NCBI RefSeq assembly: GCF_046119375.1
Contig: NW_027362767.1
Coordinates: 7,750,001 to 7,814,000, forward strand
DNA from: Phyllobates terribilis
Lineage: Eukaryota
Direction: 5' to 3'
DNA length: 64,000 nucleotides
Part shown: one piece after another, positions 21,262 through 58,189 of the stretch
Layout: every line of letters begins with the position of its first letter
Position numbering within the stretch: position 1 is the stretch's first letter
Position numbers and translations under genes: made by a program
The notes under the pieces: model-generated
What the model saw: only the letters and a program-made list of their open reading frames with translations
The model's database searches: none
Told to the model about the DNA's origin: nothing

Positions 21262-23040
21262 GGTCACAGTATAAGGGGGGTCCTGTACGAGCCCCTCGTC
21301 TGCGTGTCACAGTATAGAGGGGGGTCCTGTACGAGTCCCTCGTCTGCGTGTCACAGTATAGAGGGGGGTCCTGTACGAGTCCCTCGTCTGCGTGTCACAG
21401 TATAGAGGGTGATCCTGTACGAGACCCTCGTCGGCATGTCACAATATAGAGGGGGGTCCTGTACGAGACCCTTGTCTGCGTGTCACAGTATAGAGGGGGT
21501 TCCTGTACGAGACCCTCGTCTGCGTGTCACAGTATAGAGGGGGGTCCTGTACGAGACCCTCGTCTGCGTGTCACAGTATAGAGGGCGTCTGCGTGTCACA
21601 GTATAGAGGGGGTTCCTGTACGAGACCCTCGTCTGCGTGTCACAGTATAGAGGGGGGTCCTGTACGAGACCCTCGTCTGCGTGTCACAGTATAGAGGGGG
21701 GTCCTGTACGAGACCCTCGTCTGCGTGACACAGTATAGAGGGCGTCTGCGTGTCACAGTATAGAGGGGGGTCTTGTACGAGACCCTCGTCTGCGTGTCAC
21801 AGTATAGAGGGGGGTCCTGTACGAGCCCCTCGTCTGCGTGTCACAGTATAGAGGGGGGTCCTGTACGAGCCCCTCGTCGGCATGTCACACTATAGAGGGG
21901 GGTCCTGTACGAGACCCTCATCTGCATGTCACACTATAGAGGGGGGTCCTGTACGAGACCCTCGTCTGCGTGTCACAGTATAGAGGGGGGTCCTGTACGA
22001 GCCCCTCGTCTGCGTGTCACAGTATAGAGGGGGGTCCTGTACGAGCCCCTCGTCGGCATGTCACACTATAGAGGGGGGTCCTGTACGAGCCCCTCGTCGG
22101 CATGTCACAGTATAGAGGGGGGTCCTGTACGAGACCCTCATCTGCATGTCACAGTATAGAGGGGGGTCCTGTACGAGACCCTCGTCTGCGTGTCACAGTA
22201 TAGAGGGCGTCTGCGTGTCACAGTATAGAGGGCGTCTGCATGTCACAGTATAGAGGGGGGTCTTGTACGAGACCCTCGTCTGCGTGTCACAGTATAGAGG
22301 GGGGTCCTGTACGAGACCCTCGTCTGCGTGTCACAGTATAGAGGGGGGTCCTGTACGAGACCCTCGTCTGCGTGTCACAGTATAGAGGGGGGTCCTGTAC
22401 GAGCCCACCGTCTGCGTGTCACAGTATAGAGGGGGGTCCTGTACTGTTGAGGGAGGGCAGCAATGACCCTTCACGGTTGACCAAGTGAGTGTCAAATTAT
22501 TATGTTACAAGGTTGATTGCGCAATTCAACAGAAAGCCAGATGGAGACAAAGTTCTATATGGGGGGATCCGGAGAATCTCTAACCCCGTTTATTCTACTT
22601 AGCATTATATATTGTTTTGAGTATATCAATAGCCAATCACCTACAGCCATACTACAGGCTTAAACCAATGTTAGTACAATTATTACGGAAACACATATAT
22701 GGTCATATTATCGTTAGTTCGGTGCATGATGGAAAGTTACAAGGTTATACACATCCCGGCTCAGACTAGTTAGATAACAGGAGCACGGTGTTTCATAGAA
22801 TGTTCTTGAGAGAAAAGGTTCCTGTGAGAAAATTGCATGTGAAGCAGGAGAAAAGAATAAAAGAATGTATGCTATGCACGGAGTAATAATAACATGATTT
22901 TAGAAGCAAGCAGCAGAAATGAAGTAACTATAGCATGAATATCGATATGTACTTTACAGTACGAGCCCCTCGTCTGCGTGTCACAGTATAGAGGGGGGTC
23001 CTGTACGAGCCCCTCGTCTGTGGGTCACAGCATAGAGGAG
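21262..23040. repeat. 44-bp minisatellite between ACYP1 and MLH3, interrupted by a solo LTR
   Basis: Unit GTCACAGTATAGAGGGGGGTCCTGTACGAGACCCTCGTCTGCGT at 21262-22444, resuming at 22959-23040. Confidence 0.93.
22445..22958 (-). mobile_element. 514-bp solo LTR with 4-bp TSD GTAC
   Basis: The AT-rich insert starts TGT and ends ACA, flanked by GTAC (22441-22444, 22959-22962) that restores the minisatellite unit. AATAAA on minus at 22594-22589. Orientation is tentative because + also has AATAAA near 22856. Confidence 0.75.
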
Positions 23041-23062
23041 AACATGTCTATTATTGTTGTCA

Positions 23063-23076
23063 CCACCAGGGGGCGG
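23063..23076 (+). promoter_or_regulatory. CTCF consensus site overlapping a GC box upstream of the MLH3 coding exon
   Basis: CCACCAGGGGGCGG matches CCASYAGRKGGCRS; the overlapping GGGGCGGGGC is an Sp1 consensus. Confidence 0.5.
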
Positions 23077-23243
23077 GGCTGACAACCTCCAACATTTGTA
23101 TACAGGCTGGTTGTCGGCAGTAATAGATGTGGATGATGGTTGTAGTAGTGCAGATCGGAGCAGTAGTCCGGGATGTATAGGTAAGCTGTGTTGTATAGTA
23201 ACTCTTTGTCCTTCTCCTTCTACAGCGGTGAGGCCGTGACCTG

Positions 23244-36088
<12,845 letters not shown>

Positions 36089-36093
<5 letters not shown>

Positions 36094-36128
36094 AGGGACA
36101 AACAGCGGCAACCTGGCACGTGTTTATT
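36089..36128. terminator. Convergent poly(A) signals of MLH3 (+, AATAAA 36089-36094) and EIF2B2 (-, AATAAA 36128-36123)
   Basis: Both hexamers read directly. The MLH3 hexamer overlaps its TAA; the EIF2B2 hexamer starts 3 nt after its TGA. Confidence 0.75.
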
Positions 36129-36131
36129 GCA

Positions 36132-49759
<13,628 letters not shown>

Positions 49760-49900
49760 GTTACCGAGAGCAGGAAGATGGCGGCGGCAGGAGAGGTGCG
49801 CGAGGGGCCGCGGGCACGTTGTACGTGACGTCACGGCCGCGCGCCTCTCCTGCTTCAGTGCGCGAGGACTCGGCCACAAAACTCCTCGCAATAACAACCG
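49760..49900 (-). promoter_or_regulatory. EIF2B2 CpG-island promoter / 5'UTR
   Basis: CpG-rich; YY1 motif AAGATGGCGGC (49775-49785, on +) and CRE TGACGTCA (49826-49833). Confidence 0.65.
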
Positions 49901-49997
49901 GCGGTGAGGAGCGGCAGATTCCAGCCATCACAGCCGCTATCCAAAGGGTTAAATCACCTCCGGCCTCACAATCCGCCCTGCTCTGGTCTGGTCTCTG

Positions 49998-50383
49998 GGC
50001 TATGTTCTCACATTGCATTTTTGCTGCGACAAAACCTGCTCTCTTGGCAGTAAAGATGCTGCATCAGGTTGTGATGCGTTTTTGTCAGGTCTCTTGTGTT
50101 GATAAAGTTTAGTGCATAAAATAATAACCTGGTGCAAGTTCCTCAGGTTTTGGCACCAGAAATGCATTGACCCCCTTTACACCTGGGTTTTTTGCAGCCT
50201 TTTCTGCAGCGTTTTTTGCGCGTCCTATGGGTGAAGGCCGCGACGTGCTGCAGATACGCAGCTCCATGAAGAGCAGGAGACTCCGGTGAGGCCGGAGATA
50301 CTGAAATCTCATAGACTGCCGTAAAGCGCAGCTGAAAACGTCATAAAAAAGCAGGAAAAACGCAACGTGTGAACTCATCCTTA
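49998..50383. mobile_element. MITE-like repeat
   Basis: Imperfect TIRs GGGCTATGTTCTCACATTGC / GCAACGTGTGAACTCATCC. Confidence 0.45.
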
Positions 50384-51793
50384 CAGGTCAGAGAAGCCGC
50401 ATCACAGACCGGTGGTGGCGGCGGAGCGAGCGCGGTGTGAGCGGCCGTCTCCAGGGGGCGCACAGCCTGTCATGGTGCAGTCACTGCGCCGGCACCATCC
50501 GTCTGGTTCATGTTACGGCCCGTGAGCCCCGACTGGGCCAGAGAACGCCCTAAATGCAGAGTGACCCCATGCACCGGACCACCACATGCCCCCTCCGGCG
50601 GCTGCAGCGTGGTGTGTGCAGAGTATTGTCGCTGCGGCCGATCACCGGTGACTCCGCTGTGTTCCCTGCCCGTGCAGCGTTGCCGCGTCCTGCACATTGT
50701 ACGGGGCGGATCGACATTCTGCGGCTCATAAAGCCGCCGGTGAGTTTACACTGCGTCAGGTAGAAGCGCGGGGGCCGGAGACCTCTATAAATCCACCGCG
50801 CTACCTCTGCACAGCGCAGAGGTGGACGCAGCGATTACAGGGCATGGGCACGCCGCCTACAACAAACCGGTACCTTCTACCCCTCAGTACAGCGCTGCTA
50901 TCGCACCACCTTCATGACCATTTTTGTGCCAGTTTTATATTTTTTGTAGCCGCTTGACATCAGGATCCTCCTGCAGAAAGGTTTATTATTGTCATTAGTG
51001 ATGGGCGAGCATACTCACAAGTACTCGCCCGAGCATCTCACTGCTCGGCGCTCGCCGAGTATTTCCGGGGTTGCTCGGTGGGAGCTTGGGTCCCCTCCCT
51101 GCATGTTTGGCGCTCTTTACAGAGCCAATGAACATGCAGGGATTGCCTGCCATGCTCTGTAATGCCGTAGCCATGTTGGTTGTGGCATTACAGTGATTGG
51201 CTGACGCACAGCGTCATCAGGTCTATATCAGACCTGGCGCCGCCATGCTCGTCATTTTCATGTATGGAGTGCCGAAGTTCTTTTTGCAATTGAGATTACT
51301 CTTTTCTTCAGAGCACCCGAATAGACCAGTGAGCGACCCCTCTCTTTTTTCTATGCTCGTCACAGTCACTCCGGATCAGACAGTGTAGGGAGAGGTTTGC
51401 TTGTTTCTAGTTAGTGTAGGTATTCCAAACTATATTAGAGACACATATCCATCTCAACAAACAGTCCTTCTGAGGACTAATCCATCTGCAGAGCTATCAG
51501 GTAGGCAGTGTATATAGCAGACTGCAGTGCATATAGCATGATAGGCTCCATTCCAGTTCTGTCTTCTGCTGCTGTTAGATATTTCTAGAAATAGGCCCAG
51601 GTCTCAGGGGCCAGGAATATTTTTTTTTTGCATCTTAATCCTCATAATTTGCTTAAAAAGCAATCCAGAGAACACTGCTGTTCTGCACCATTCCCTTGTT
51701 GGCACTGCAGAATACAGCCAGGTCCTTCCCATATTACAGCGCTAAAAATCCAGCTATTTAAAACTGTGTTTTCTGCGTCACACGGATCACATC

Positions 51794-53382
51794 CACTACC
51801 GTTCAAAAGTTTGGGGTCACCCAGACAATTTTGTGTTTTCCATGATACTTTTATTTATCAAATGAGTTGCAAAATGAATAGAAAATATCATCCAGACATT
51901 GAGAAGGTTAGAAATAATGATTTTTATTAGAAAGAATAATTTTCTCCTTCACACTTTGCTTTGGTCACAGAATGCTCCTTTGCAGCAATTCCAGCATTGC
52001 AGACCTTTGGCATTCTAGCTGTTAATTTGCTGAGGTCATCTTGAGACATTTCCCCCCATGCTTCCTGAAGCCCCTCCACAAGTTGGATTGGCTTGATGGG
52101 CACTTTTTGCACCATACGGTCAAGCTGCTCCCACAACAGCTCAATGGGGTTGAGATCTGGTGACTGCGCTGGCCGCTCCATTACAGATAGAATACCAGCT
52201 GCCTGCTTCTTCCCTAAATAGTTCAGGCATAATTTGGAGGTGTGCTTTGGGTCATTGTCCAGTTGTGAGATGAAATTGGCTCCAATCAAGCACTGTGCAC
52301 AGGGTATGGCATGGCGTTGCAAAATGGAGTGATAGCCTTCCTTATTCAAAATCCCATTTACCTTGTACAAATCTCCCACTTTACCAGCACCAAAGCAACC
52401 CCAGACCATCACATTACCTCCACCATGCTTGACAGATGGCGTCAGGCACTCTTCCAGCATCTTTTCAGTTGTTCTGCGTCTCACAAATGTTCTTCTGTGT
52501 GATCCAAACACCTCAAACTTTGATTCGCCTGTCCATAAAACTTTTTTCCAATCTTCCTCTGTCCAATGTCTGTGTTCTTTTGCCCATATTAATCTTTTCC
52601 TTTTATTAGCCAGTCTCAGATATGGCTTTTTCTTTGTCCTGAAGGCCAGCATCCCGGAGTCGCCTCTTCACTGTAGACGTTGACACTGGCGTTTTGCGTG
52701 TACTATTTAATGAAGCTGCCAGTTGAGGAGCTGTGAGGCGTCGATTTCTCACACTAGAGACTCTAATGTCCTTGTCTTGTTGCTCAGTTGTGCAGCGGGG
52801 TCTCCCACTTCTCTTTCTACTCTGGTTAGAGCCTGTTTGTGCTCTCCTCTGAAGGGAGTAGTACACACCGTTGTAGGAAATCTTCAGTTTCTTGGCAATT
52901 TCTCGTATGGAATAAGCCTTCATTTCTAAGAACAAGAATAGACTGTCGAGTTTCACATGAAAGTTCTCTTTTTCTGGCCATTTTGAGAGTTTCATAGAAC
53001 AAACAAATGTAATGCTCCAGATTCTCAACTAGCTCAAAGGAAAGTCAATGTTATAGCTTCTCAAATCAGCCAAACCATTTTCAGCTGGGATAACATACTT
53101 GTGCAAGGGTTTTATAAACATCCATTAGCTTCTTACACAGTTAGCAAACACAATGTACCATTAAAACACTGGAGTGGTGGTTGTTGGAAATGGGCCTCTA
53201 TACACCTATGCAGATATTGCAATAAAAACAAGACGTTTGCAGCTAGAATAGTCATTTACCACATTAACAATGTATAGAGTGTATTTCTGATTCATTTAAT
53301 GTTAGCTTCATTGAAAAAAAATGGGCTTTTCTTTCAAAAATAATAAAACTTCTAAATGACCCCAAACTTTTGAACGGTAGTG
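51794..53382 (-). mobile_element. Full-length Tc1 transposon (1589 bp), frameshifted transposase
   Basis: TIRs CACTACCGTTCAAAAGTTTGG / CCAAACTTTTGAACGGTAGTG; ORFs 53028-52606 and 52652-51927 with KHGGGNVMVWGCF, DNDPKHT and SPDLNPIELLW. Confidence 0.95.
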
Positions 53383-53532
53383 TACGTTTTCAGGAAATAC
53401 TGCCATTTCTGACCTCCATTAAAAATTACCTTCAGTGTGTCAGTGAAGCAATTGACACCGGTTTGCTGGTTAAACTACTTACCTACAGGCCAGGTATTTA
53501 AAACGGTGGTTTGTCCGTCACACGGATCACAT

Positions 53533-54790
53533 ATAAGTTCGCTCCAAACTCAGTCATTTAATAGACGAACTTCGGCCCACATCATAATCTTTGCGGGTAG
53601 GGGGTCTGGAAAATCAACTCATCCCCGATCACCGCATACTTGTGCCTACTCAAAAACATATAAACACAGGAGAACCCACGAGTATAATGGCATAAAAAGA
53701 CTTTATTAATGTATGATTCATTAAAAAGTGATACATCAATTATAAATCGTATTATCAAAGTGTAATCATACAGATATATAGGTCATATTCAATTACTGAG
53801 CTTAACCAGAGAAAAAGGGGGAAAAAGGAAATATTTCCCCACAGGACCCCAGTAGACAGTGCACAATAATGGAAAAACAAAGGAGGAATCAAATAAACCA
53901 ATCACTCAGTTGTAGTTGTGATAGACTATCATAGTCGATTCCATGAAAGGACACAAGTCACTCACCCAATAGGCGGGGGTCCAGCTCAGGGGGGAACAGT
54001 GCAGAGACAGGACAGTGGTCAAATTAGAGCCTCGACATACGTTTCGCCAATGGATTTAGCTTTTTCAAGAGGCATATGTGATAGAGCTGCAAGGACCTCT
54101 TATATACGCCCCCAAAACGATCACATGTGTGATCATGTGATCGGCCAAGATGGCCGCTCATCAGCCGATACTCACGGCTCATGCGCCAAGGTTATCAGCG
54201 CCTCCCCGCAAGCGTCCCACCCAACTTGAAGGAGGAGTATATTCATATGGGGGCGTCCTCCATCTAGTCCATTTCTGCATAAGACTGACGGGGATCCATA
54301 AGCTTGGGTCAGCAACCGCAGATAGAGTGGAGCAAAGTGGAGGGTCCATGAGGCAAAATCACTAAATATAAAAAGATAATAAGTAAAATCAATCACAAGA
54401 ATAAAGTCACCCAATAAAAACATATGACCATAGTAAAGTCCCATATAGAGAAATACCCATAGGGCCAACAGGAGAGCAAAGGAATTTTTTACAATATATA
54501 ATAACCATTTTAAATTTTAGATGTTATTCCAAAAGGAGGTAAATATCCCACTTCAGAGAAACGACGAAAACCCCAAATTCTCATTCAGGCCCCGCGGAGC
54601 CACAGTGTCCAAAGTGACGATCCATCTGGCCTCTTTTTGGGCCAGAAGGTGCTTGGCATTCCCTCCCCGGGAACCCAAGTGTATGACATCAATGCCTCGC
54701 ACTTTCAGTGTTCGGGGGTCACAATTATGGACTGCCCTGAAGTGACGTGGCAGAGTCTTGAGCTCTTCTTGGTTGTCAAGGTCCCGTTTC
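53533..54790 (-). mobile_element. 5'-truncated Penelope-like retroelement (GIY-YIG endonuclease C-terminus plus 3' pseudo-LTR)
   Basis: The minus frame 54753-54553, translated by hand, reads LPRHFRAVHNCDPRTLKVRGIDV...RGGNAKHLLAQKEARWIVTLDTVAPRGLNENLGFSSFL*, typical of vertebrate PLE GIY-YIG ends. It is followed by a TATA box, a hammerhead-like motif and AATAAA. Ends approximate. Confidence 0.85.
54029..54073 (-). ncRNA. Minimal type I hammerhead ribozyme motif (U3-A8 core variant) in the PLE pseudo-LTR
   Basis: GCCUC-UUGAAAA-A-GCUAA(aucca)UUGGC-GAA-AC(guau)GU-C-GAGGC. 5-bp stem I, 5-bp stem II, self-complementary stem III, GUC cleavage after 54034. Confidence 0.65.
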
Positions 54791-56199
54791 CTTCAGTTTG
54801 GGTGGGTTCTGAATCTTCTGCATTCAGAACCCACTGCGAGACTGCGCCTGAGGGAATACTTCAATGCTACAGAAGATTCACAGGGGTACTAGGCCCACAT
54901 TGTCCCTAGCAGCCCTTAATCTGAGCCTGCTGCTTGTCACCTCTCACAACTACTACTGAACTCACTTCTTCCTGTTTCTGAAAACTATCCAGATTCCCAA
55001 AGTGCCCACCCAATATGGGCCGTCCTCACAATTAACTCTCACACTGTCTCTACGTCTGCAGTGTTACTGGGCAAACTTCACCTTTCACTTACATTCTAGA
55101 AGTGCGGCACCTAGAAAATAAGAACTTCATTCCTCCCGGGAGCTGCCGGCTTTCAGTCATACAGCCTTTGTGAACAGTCACCGCTCAGAACACTGTCAGC
55201 AGCTGTAGGCACACCTCGGCACTGACTGACAGCCGGCATTGATTGACAGTCGGCTCTGCACTGTCCTTACAGCTGGTGCGACTGTACCTGCACCGACCGC
55301 ACCGGTGTATAACTGAAAGCCGGCGGCTCCCAGGAGGAATAAAGCTGTTTTTTTCCCGGGTGCCGCATTTCCAGCACAGCGGCGAGCACCTCCATAATGC
55401 GATTAACCTGAAGATTATCCCAACATCTACAGGTTTTCGGACATGACTGGTTCACTTTAAGGCCAGGGCTACTCTACGACTTGTGGCTACTGATTGATTT
55501 GTACTATCCACATCAATGCTGTCATCAGTGTCGCCCAACCTCGTGGGTTTTCCAGGTTTATATGTTATCTTTGCTTATGCACTAAATGCAAACAGCGCTC
55601 CGCTCCCCTCCCCCTCTGCAGTGCCGGCGCTGGGCAGCTGCCGCTCACAACGGCTGCCGTCTACAGGTCCCCATACACATTAGACTAAAGATTTTGGTGG
55701 CGCAGACGACTGATTTATGCGTACGAGGCCCCAACTCTCCGGCGACAGGTGAAATTTTGTGAAGAGAAGGATCCGGCCTGATGGATTTCCAGTGACTGAC
55801 CCTTATTTTTCTTCAGATCAAGAAGCTGCAGAGGGGTCCAGAGAAGTCAGGAGCGCTGCTGTGTAAGGAGGAGCTAGTGATTGACAGCAGCGGTCACATG
55901 CAATATAGCCGTTATTTCATTACTGCAGCCCATAAACAAAATGTGAGCAGCAATGGAGGGGCGGCACTGGATCGGGGGAGGGGCTGCACTGGACAGGGAG
56001 GATAGACACTGGACCGGTGGAAGGGCGGCACTGGACCGGAGGAGGACAGACACTGGACCGGGGGAGGAGCTGCACTGGACAGGAGGAAGGGCAGGATTGG
56101 TGCTTTGTTTATTCTCTATGTCTGAAAGCCTATGGGCAGTGAGGGGGCGACCAAGAGAGCAAAAGTGACTGAGCCTTGCACTGTGCGCTGCTATTTCTC

Positions 56200-56240
56200 C
56201 TTGATTGGGGTGTTCTGGGCGGGGGCAGGTCATGTGACAC
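56200..56240 (+). promoter_or_regulatory. Candidate promoter of an unidentified + strand transcript
   Basis: Inverted CCAAT (56204-56208), GC box GGGCGGGGG (56217-56225) and E-box GTCATGTGAC (56229-56238), clustered about 200 bp before a GTAAGT donor at 56432. Confidence 0.4.
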
Positions 56241-56804
56241 AGCTGCTTTTTACTTCCAGTCCGGTACCGGTTCCAGTCTCCATCTGAAAATGATCATTAT
56301 CACCTGATATAATCGGTCACTCATTCACCGGAGCAAGTCCGGATCCTCACATCAATGTCACAGTCTGAATACGGATCATGAGGTGCAGACGGCCCTCGGC
56401 CGCTCCATGAGCCTGCAAATCCGGCCTCAGTGTAAGTACACCCGAAGAAGTGATCACCGGACACTGATGATGGAGGAGACCGGCGGGCACCAAATAATGA
56501 TGATGGAGAGGACGGGCGGTCACCAGATACTGATGATGGAGGGGACGGGCGGTCACCAGATACTGAAGATGGAAGCGACGGGCGGTCACCAGATACTGAT
56601 GATGGAGGAGACGAGTGTCACCAGATACTGATGATGGAGGCGACGGGTGGTCACCAGATACTGATGATAGGGGACGGGTGGTCACCAGATACTGATGATG
56701 GAGGAGACCAGCGGACACCAGATACTGATGATGGAGGTGACGGGCGGTCACCAGATACTGATGATGGAGGCGATGGGCGGTCACCAGATACTGATGATGG
56801 AGAG

Positions 56805-58019
56805 TGTAGCACCCTGAGGATTCGGCTGCTACAGGGGTATTGCACCTCAACCCAGAGGTGTGGTATTCCACTCCCGGGTAAGGATGGAGTGTGGAACTGA
56901 GCTCAGTTAGCTGCATGCACTACACACATCCCATTTCCGAGGAACAGACCGATGGTACTCCCACTAGAGAAATGTGCAGGTACGACAGTGTCTGTTCCTG
57001 GCTGGAGTGGGAGGGGGGTGGAACATCCCAGTAGTGTAGGGGCAGATAGGGGGAGCAGTCTGGGTAGTGCTAGGAGCTCATTGGGTGCTGGTCACCTGAG
57101 CTCACACATAGAGGGAGTATATAAGGTGGGCACCATCTTAGGACAGGGTCTTTTGCAGAGTGAGGTCAGTCTGTCAGTCTTTGTAGAGGAAGAGAGCAGA
57201 GGAGAAGAGCAGCTCCAAGGCCAAGAGAAAGAGAGAGGAGAAAGAAAGACCCAGAGGGGGAGAAAGAAGGAACTCCAAGAGCCCAAATTAGATCAGAGGG
57301 TGAAGAGTTGGCAACAGGGTACCGGATCCCAAGCTGGCAGAGGCTACAGCACACCTTAGCCAGGAACCGGAGGTCGTGGGCAGGATCTGCCACGACCACC
57401 CACTAAATCCACCCGGAAGGCAGACCAGGAATAGGGTCAGGGAACCCAGAGACAAGGGTTTACCACCAAGAGGCCCGAGGGAGCCGGACATAGGTGGATC
57501 CCTGGTGGGGAAGGCCAGAGAAGAGGACAGGACAGAAAGGGAGCTCAGGACCACGCTCCAGAATCACCTGGGGGTTGGCCGAGTCCAGGACCTGGTGGAC
57601 GCAGCACGGCTCGGGTGGTCACTTAAGGCCGGAGTGACCAGAACAACTGCAGTAAGTAAACAAACCCTGAACTGCACAGCCCGACTCTGCGTCTCATTTC
57701 CATCCTCGCTGCACCACCACAACCCCCATCCTCTGCAACTGACCCCCTGAGGCTATACCCCTCCCGTTGGGGGTTATACTACCTAAGCTGCACATACATC
57801 ACCAGCCTCAGTGGACCCTGCTGCAGCGGCGGCCGTACTGACCGCAATTCAACGGGTGGCGTAGTCGACACAAAAGAACATCTAGTAACATCATAAGGAC
57901 TGCCACACACTGAGCTTGACACCCTGGGCACGGACCGGGTCACAGCCACTCGGAGACTACAACCCCCATCTGATCCGGCTCCGGGTATCCCTAACAGCAC
58001 TGGCCCAGGGGGCGCGTCA
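56805..58019 (+). repeat. 5' LTR (1215 bp)
   Basis: TGTAGCACCC...GGCGCGTCA; TATATAA at 57118-57124; AGTAAA at 57655-57660. Confidence 0.93.
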
Positions 58020-58023
58020 ACTT

Positions 58024-58041
58024 TGGCGTAGTCGGCAGGAT
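58024..58041 (+). other. Primer-binding site complementary to the tRNA-Ser 3' end
   Basis: TGGCGTAGTCGGCAGGAT is the reverse complement of AUCCUGCCGACUACGCCA, the 3' 18 nt of vertebrate tRNA-Ser(AGA/TGA) (recalled); it starts 5 nt after the LTR end. Confidence 0.85.
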
Positions 58042-58189
58042 AACGTGCCCGCAACAACCGGGTACTGCGTGCCTGAAGAAAAGTTCACCGTTACCTTAAA
58101 AAGAAGTCTCCTGCCGGTTCCGGAGGGTCCCCGCCATCGGGCCCCATCACAGGTCGTTGCCCGCCATCTGCAGCTTTTTCCCGCCATCC

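Noticed and set aside
23181-23225. GTAAGC...TACAG as MLH3 intron 1
   Set aside because: 45 nt is below the usual vertebrate minimum; not accepted without cDNA evidence.
54835-54870. RLRLREYF on +, resembling a PLE N-terminal motif
   Set aside because: Only about 8 residues with no extension; could be chance.
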